From NCBI GenBank assembly GCA_030390025.1, contig CM059432.1, positions 132,992,001 through 133,056,000 on the forward strand: a DNA stretch of 64,000 nt, given 5' to 3'. How positions within the stretch are numbered: the first letter of the stretch is position 1; every line of letters begins with the position of its first letter. Below are positions 60,560 through 64,000 of the stretch, piece after piece. Below the pieces are notes generated by a model. The model did no database searches. It was given only the letters and a program-made list of their open reading frames with translations, and was not told the DNA's origin. This DNA is from Squalus acanthias. Lineage: Eukaryota. Position numbers and translations under genes: made by a program.

Positions 60560-62560
60560 GGCCCGGATTTTACGATAGAAATAACGGCGAGGCTATCAGC
60601 GCTCACCATTATTATGGAGTAAATAGATTTGCTACACCGGTACCGTGCCGAGAGATTTTACATCAAAATACATGAAGAGCGTGAAGTTGGGGTACTTACC
60701 CACTAAACACGCCACAAAAAGTTAGGGCTGGTGCATTCAGGTGTAAGTGAATTTTTAACAGCGTGATAAGTCTTAATTACGGCCAAACGACCTCTCTGGC
60801 CCTGAAAATCTAATTTTATAAGTGTGGAGTCTCATTCCTTCAGAATTTAATTAAAATGAAAATGTAAAAAATCATTTTTTACTTTTTCTTTCTGTCTCAT
60901 TTATCTCTGTCTCTTAATCCCATCTTTCATTATTTTGCTTTCTGTAGATGATTTTACATTGAATTAAATATTCGAATTCATACTTCCTGGTTTAGACTCT
61001 GCGGCCGGAATTTTCCGGCGTGTCAGCAGGGTGGCATTGGTGGTGGGGCAGGTAGGAAAGTGATTTTTCTTGACAGCTGTCAACCCGCCACAATGCGCTT
61101 TCCCAATGTTGGGTCTGTCAGCACTGAGCAGACCAGACAGGCAGCAGCAGGCGACCCAATTAAACTCATTATAATGTACTTATCAGACCCTTAACAGTTT
61201 TTTTTTAGCTTACTTAACTTTAACTTCATGGCCACGGGAACCACGCTGTTCGGTGACCAAGTCTGTCAAGCTGAGGCGGGAGTTCAGTGGCCATTGCTCC
61301 AGCTGATTCCTTGACAGCTTCAAATGTACAGTAAAAGCTCCCACCTGACAGAGATCACTTTCCTCAGCCACAAGCTGTTCCTCACTGCATTTCCACAACA
61401 GATTTAGCATGCCTCAAGTCTTTCCACAAGTCTCCATCCAGTCTTACCTCATTACCCCTCTCACCATTGACAGATTGCTTCTGTCATCTGTACTTCACCT
61501 GCCATCTATTCCATCAACACAAACCTGTCCAATTGTTGAAAATAAAGATTTCAATGTTTGACAGCACATTAACAAAACTTTACATAAACATTGTACAAAA
61601 CACCCAAGTGGCTACCCTTGTGTGTTGTTAGTTGGTATGATTGCACTAGTATAAGGTGAGTGTGAGGGGTGGCTAGTGAGATGGGGATGTGATTATATAG
61701 ATAAAGAGGGATGGGTGGAGGTGCAAGGTAAGTTGGTGTGAGTAAGGATGTGCAGGAGTAGGGTAGGGAAGGCAGAGTGATGAGGATGTGAAGAGAGGCA
61801 CAGCAGGATGAGGTTGAGTGTGGCTTTGCAGTAACGTTTCGTGATCTACTGAGATCATTGAAACATTTGCGCCACTGCACCCAGGTCCTCCTGACGACAT
61901 CCCTGCTTGTGCCCTCCTGTGCAATGTTCAACCAGGCTGTTTTGGTCTTCTGGGGAGGTCTCTTCTGCCCATCGGAAGGGAAGAGGACCTCCCTGCGTGC
62001 TCTGACTCCCTCCATAAGCATATGGAGGGAGTCATGGGAGAATCTGGGTGCAGCCCTGCACCTCTATGCAGTGATTGTCAGTGTTTGCAGCACCTCAATG
62101 CTGTAGAACACTGACAGCACAAACGTCAAAAGAAAGTTGGCCATGGTCCCTTTAAGGAAACCGGCTGATGACGTATCATGAATGACATCACCAGACCCTC
62201 TAATTTGGCCAGGAAACGCGCTGGGCAGGCTTAACAAGCCCATTCAACGTAAATTTATTTTAGACAGCGGGATCGAGCCAACAGCGGGGCTGCAACCCGC
62301 CTCCGACATCGCCCGCACCGGACCTGCTGAGGTAAGGAAAATCCCGGCCTGCGTGTCTCAGTGAGGATTTTTCAGTCTGATTGGTTGAAGAGACACGCTG
62401 TTGCTTGACCTGCTCACACACGCTACGGATCCCCTGTAGAGGGCACCGCGCTGAAAAGCATCTCTAATTACCGTAAGTTGCCATTCAAATGCTGGCGAAA
62501 AGTCTGTGGGCATCCGTAAGCGAGCGCCATTCCTTTGCCGCTGACTGCAAAATCCAGGCC
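60560..62560. mobile_element. non-autonomous Harbinger-type element hosting 61003-62349
   Basis: ggcccggatttt / aaaatccaggcc. Interior is related to 52353-53594. TSD not resolved. Confidence 0.65.
61003..62349 (-). mobile_element. Harbinger internal-deletion derivative retaining Myb exon 1 (~62075-61836)
   Basis: TIR ggccggaattttcc / ggaaaatcccggcc, TSD TGC. MEGVRARREVLFPSDG..AWLNIAQE..RTWVQWRKCFNDL closely matches 36732-36911. Confidence 0.88.
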
Positions 62561-62968
62561 GTTATGCAATTAAAGTATTGAAAGCACAGCATCCCTGATA
62601 TAGACTGTGTTTTGGATTCTTGGTGCACTCTGCTATTCAAAGGTGGGAGGGATTAATGAGAGAATTCTTGATCTTTGTGACTGATATAATGGCCGTGAAT
62701 TTCAATTGGTACAATGGCATACTCTCAGAGTACGCTGTCATACTGCCTTTGAAACGGACCGCAAGTTCAGGATTTGCATATGTGCTAACTCCCGAACTTG
62801 CAATCTGTCAAGTTCCGACTGCACATAGGCGTCAGTGTGTACAAATGAACGTGCTGGCGAAAAGTTGGGCTAATTGCCCTCCTACTGCGAGGTAATTATG
62901 CTGAAAATTTTGAAGTCTGGTGCAAACAGGCGCAGGAAGTCTGTTGCACAGTGTAAGGGGACCGATAT

Positions 62969-63507
62969 TAGAAACATAGAAACATAGAAAAATAGGAGCA
63001 GGAGTAGGCCATTCGGCCCTTCGAGCCTGCTCCGCCATTCAATATGATCATGGCTGATCCTCTATCTCAATACCTTATTCCCGCGCTCTCCCCATACCCC
63101 TTGATGCCTTATGTGTCTAGAAATCTATCTATCTCCTTCTTAAATATATTCAGTGACTTGGCCTCCACAGCCTTCTGTGGTAGAGAATTCCACAGGTTCA
63201 CCACCCTCTGAGTGAAGAAATTTCTCCTCATCTCAGTCCTAAATGTCCTACCCCGTATCCTGAGACTGTGACCCCTCGTTCTAGACCCCCCCAGCCAGGG
63301 GAAACTTCCTCCCTGCATCCAGTCTGTCTAGCCCTGTCAGAATTTTATACGTTTCAATGAGATTCCCTCTCATTCTTCTAAACTCGAGTGAATACATGCC
63401 TAGTCGACCCAATCTCTCCTCATATGACAGTCCTGCTATCCCAGGAATCAGTCTGGTGAACCTTTGCTGCACTCCCTCTATGGCAAGTATATCCTTTCTT
63501 AGGTAAG
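62969..63507 (-). mobile_element. CR1 3' fragment
   Basis: RRFTRLIPG..RRNFFTQRVVNLWNSLP, with a (TTTCTATG) tail. Confidence 0.92.
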
Positions 63508-64000
63508 GTACTCTGGTTTCATTAACAGTCCATTAACTTTAGTAATTTTTCACTTGGTTAACCCCAATGTTGATGGTTAATGTAGTTTTCATGCACATAG
63601 TGGATGACCAAGGTAGTGACTTTTTAAAAAAGCAAGCCTCATAAAAAGAAAGAACAAGAGAACTGGGACAAGGGGGCAAAATGAGAATGTGTGGATAAAA
63701 GTAATAGACAACTTGCATCATTTCACATCCCACTAAATCCAAATTGTTAACTGGTGCCGTACAATAGGTAAATATGTATGTTCAATTATTTGCTGCCATT
63801 GGATACGTGTAGCTTTTTATTTTAAACCATGGGCCTACCTATTCTGCACCTGAATGTCTCAACATCCCTTCGTGTAGAAAATACAGTTTGTTGACTCTGA
63901 ATATTTGCAGCACCCCTGAAATAAACCCCTTTACCAGTGGCCGTACGTAAACTTTCACTTCCATATCCCACATCAAACAACGGGCAATTTTTTCCTCATT

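Overview
Vertebrate DNA, most likely cartilaginous fish (shark-like), inferred from the repeat families present: CR1 LINEs, Deu-domain SINEs with L2-type tails, and Penelope elements. I recognised no host protein-coding exon, so the window looks intergenic or intronic and is dominated by nested, decayed transposons. The main feature is a dense PIF/Harbinger landscape. Two structurally complete ~4.2-4.4 kb elements (21250-25615 and 36416-40620) have TIRs and 3-bp TSDs. Each carries a DDE transposase facing a three-exon Myb/SANT partner gene with a long C-terminal extension. There are also two older transposase fossils, one Myb-only deletion derivative and about ten non-autonomous copies. Other elements are a near full-length CR1 (ORF1 esterase plus ORF2), a second CR1-clade family, L2, RTE and probable L1 fragments, hAT and Tc1/mariner MITEs, a decayed Ngaro/DIRS retrotransposon and a possible THAP fossil. 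Two Penelope 3' fragments each retain a minimal hammerhead ribozyme, and one of these is split at its cleavage triplet by a Harbinger insertion. All coding remnants carry stops or frameshifts. Family calls come from motif recognition by eye, not from database searches, and fragment boundaries are approximate unless a TSD is quoted.
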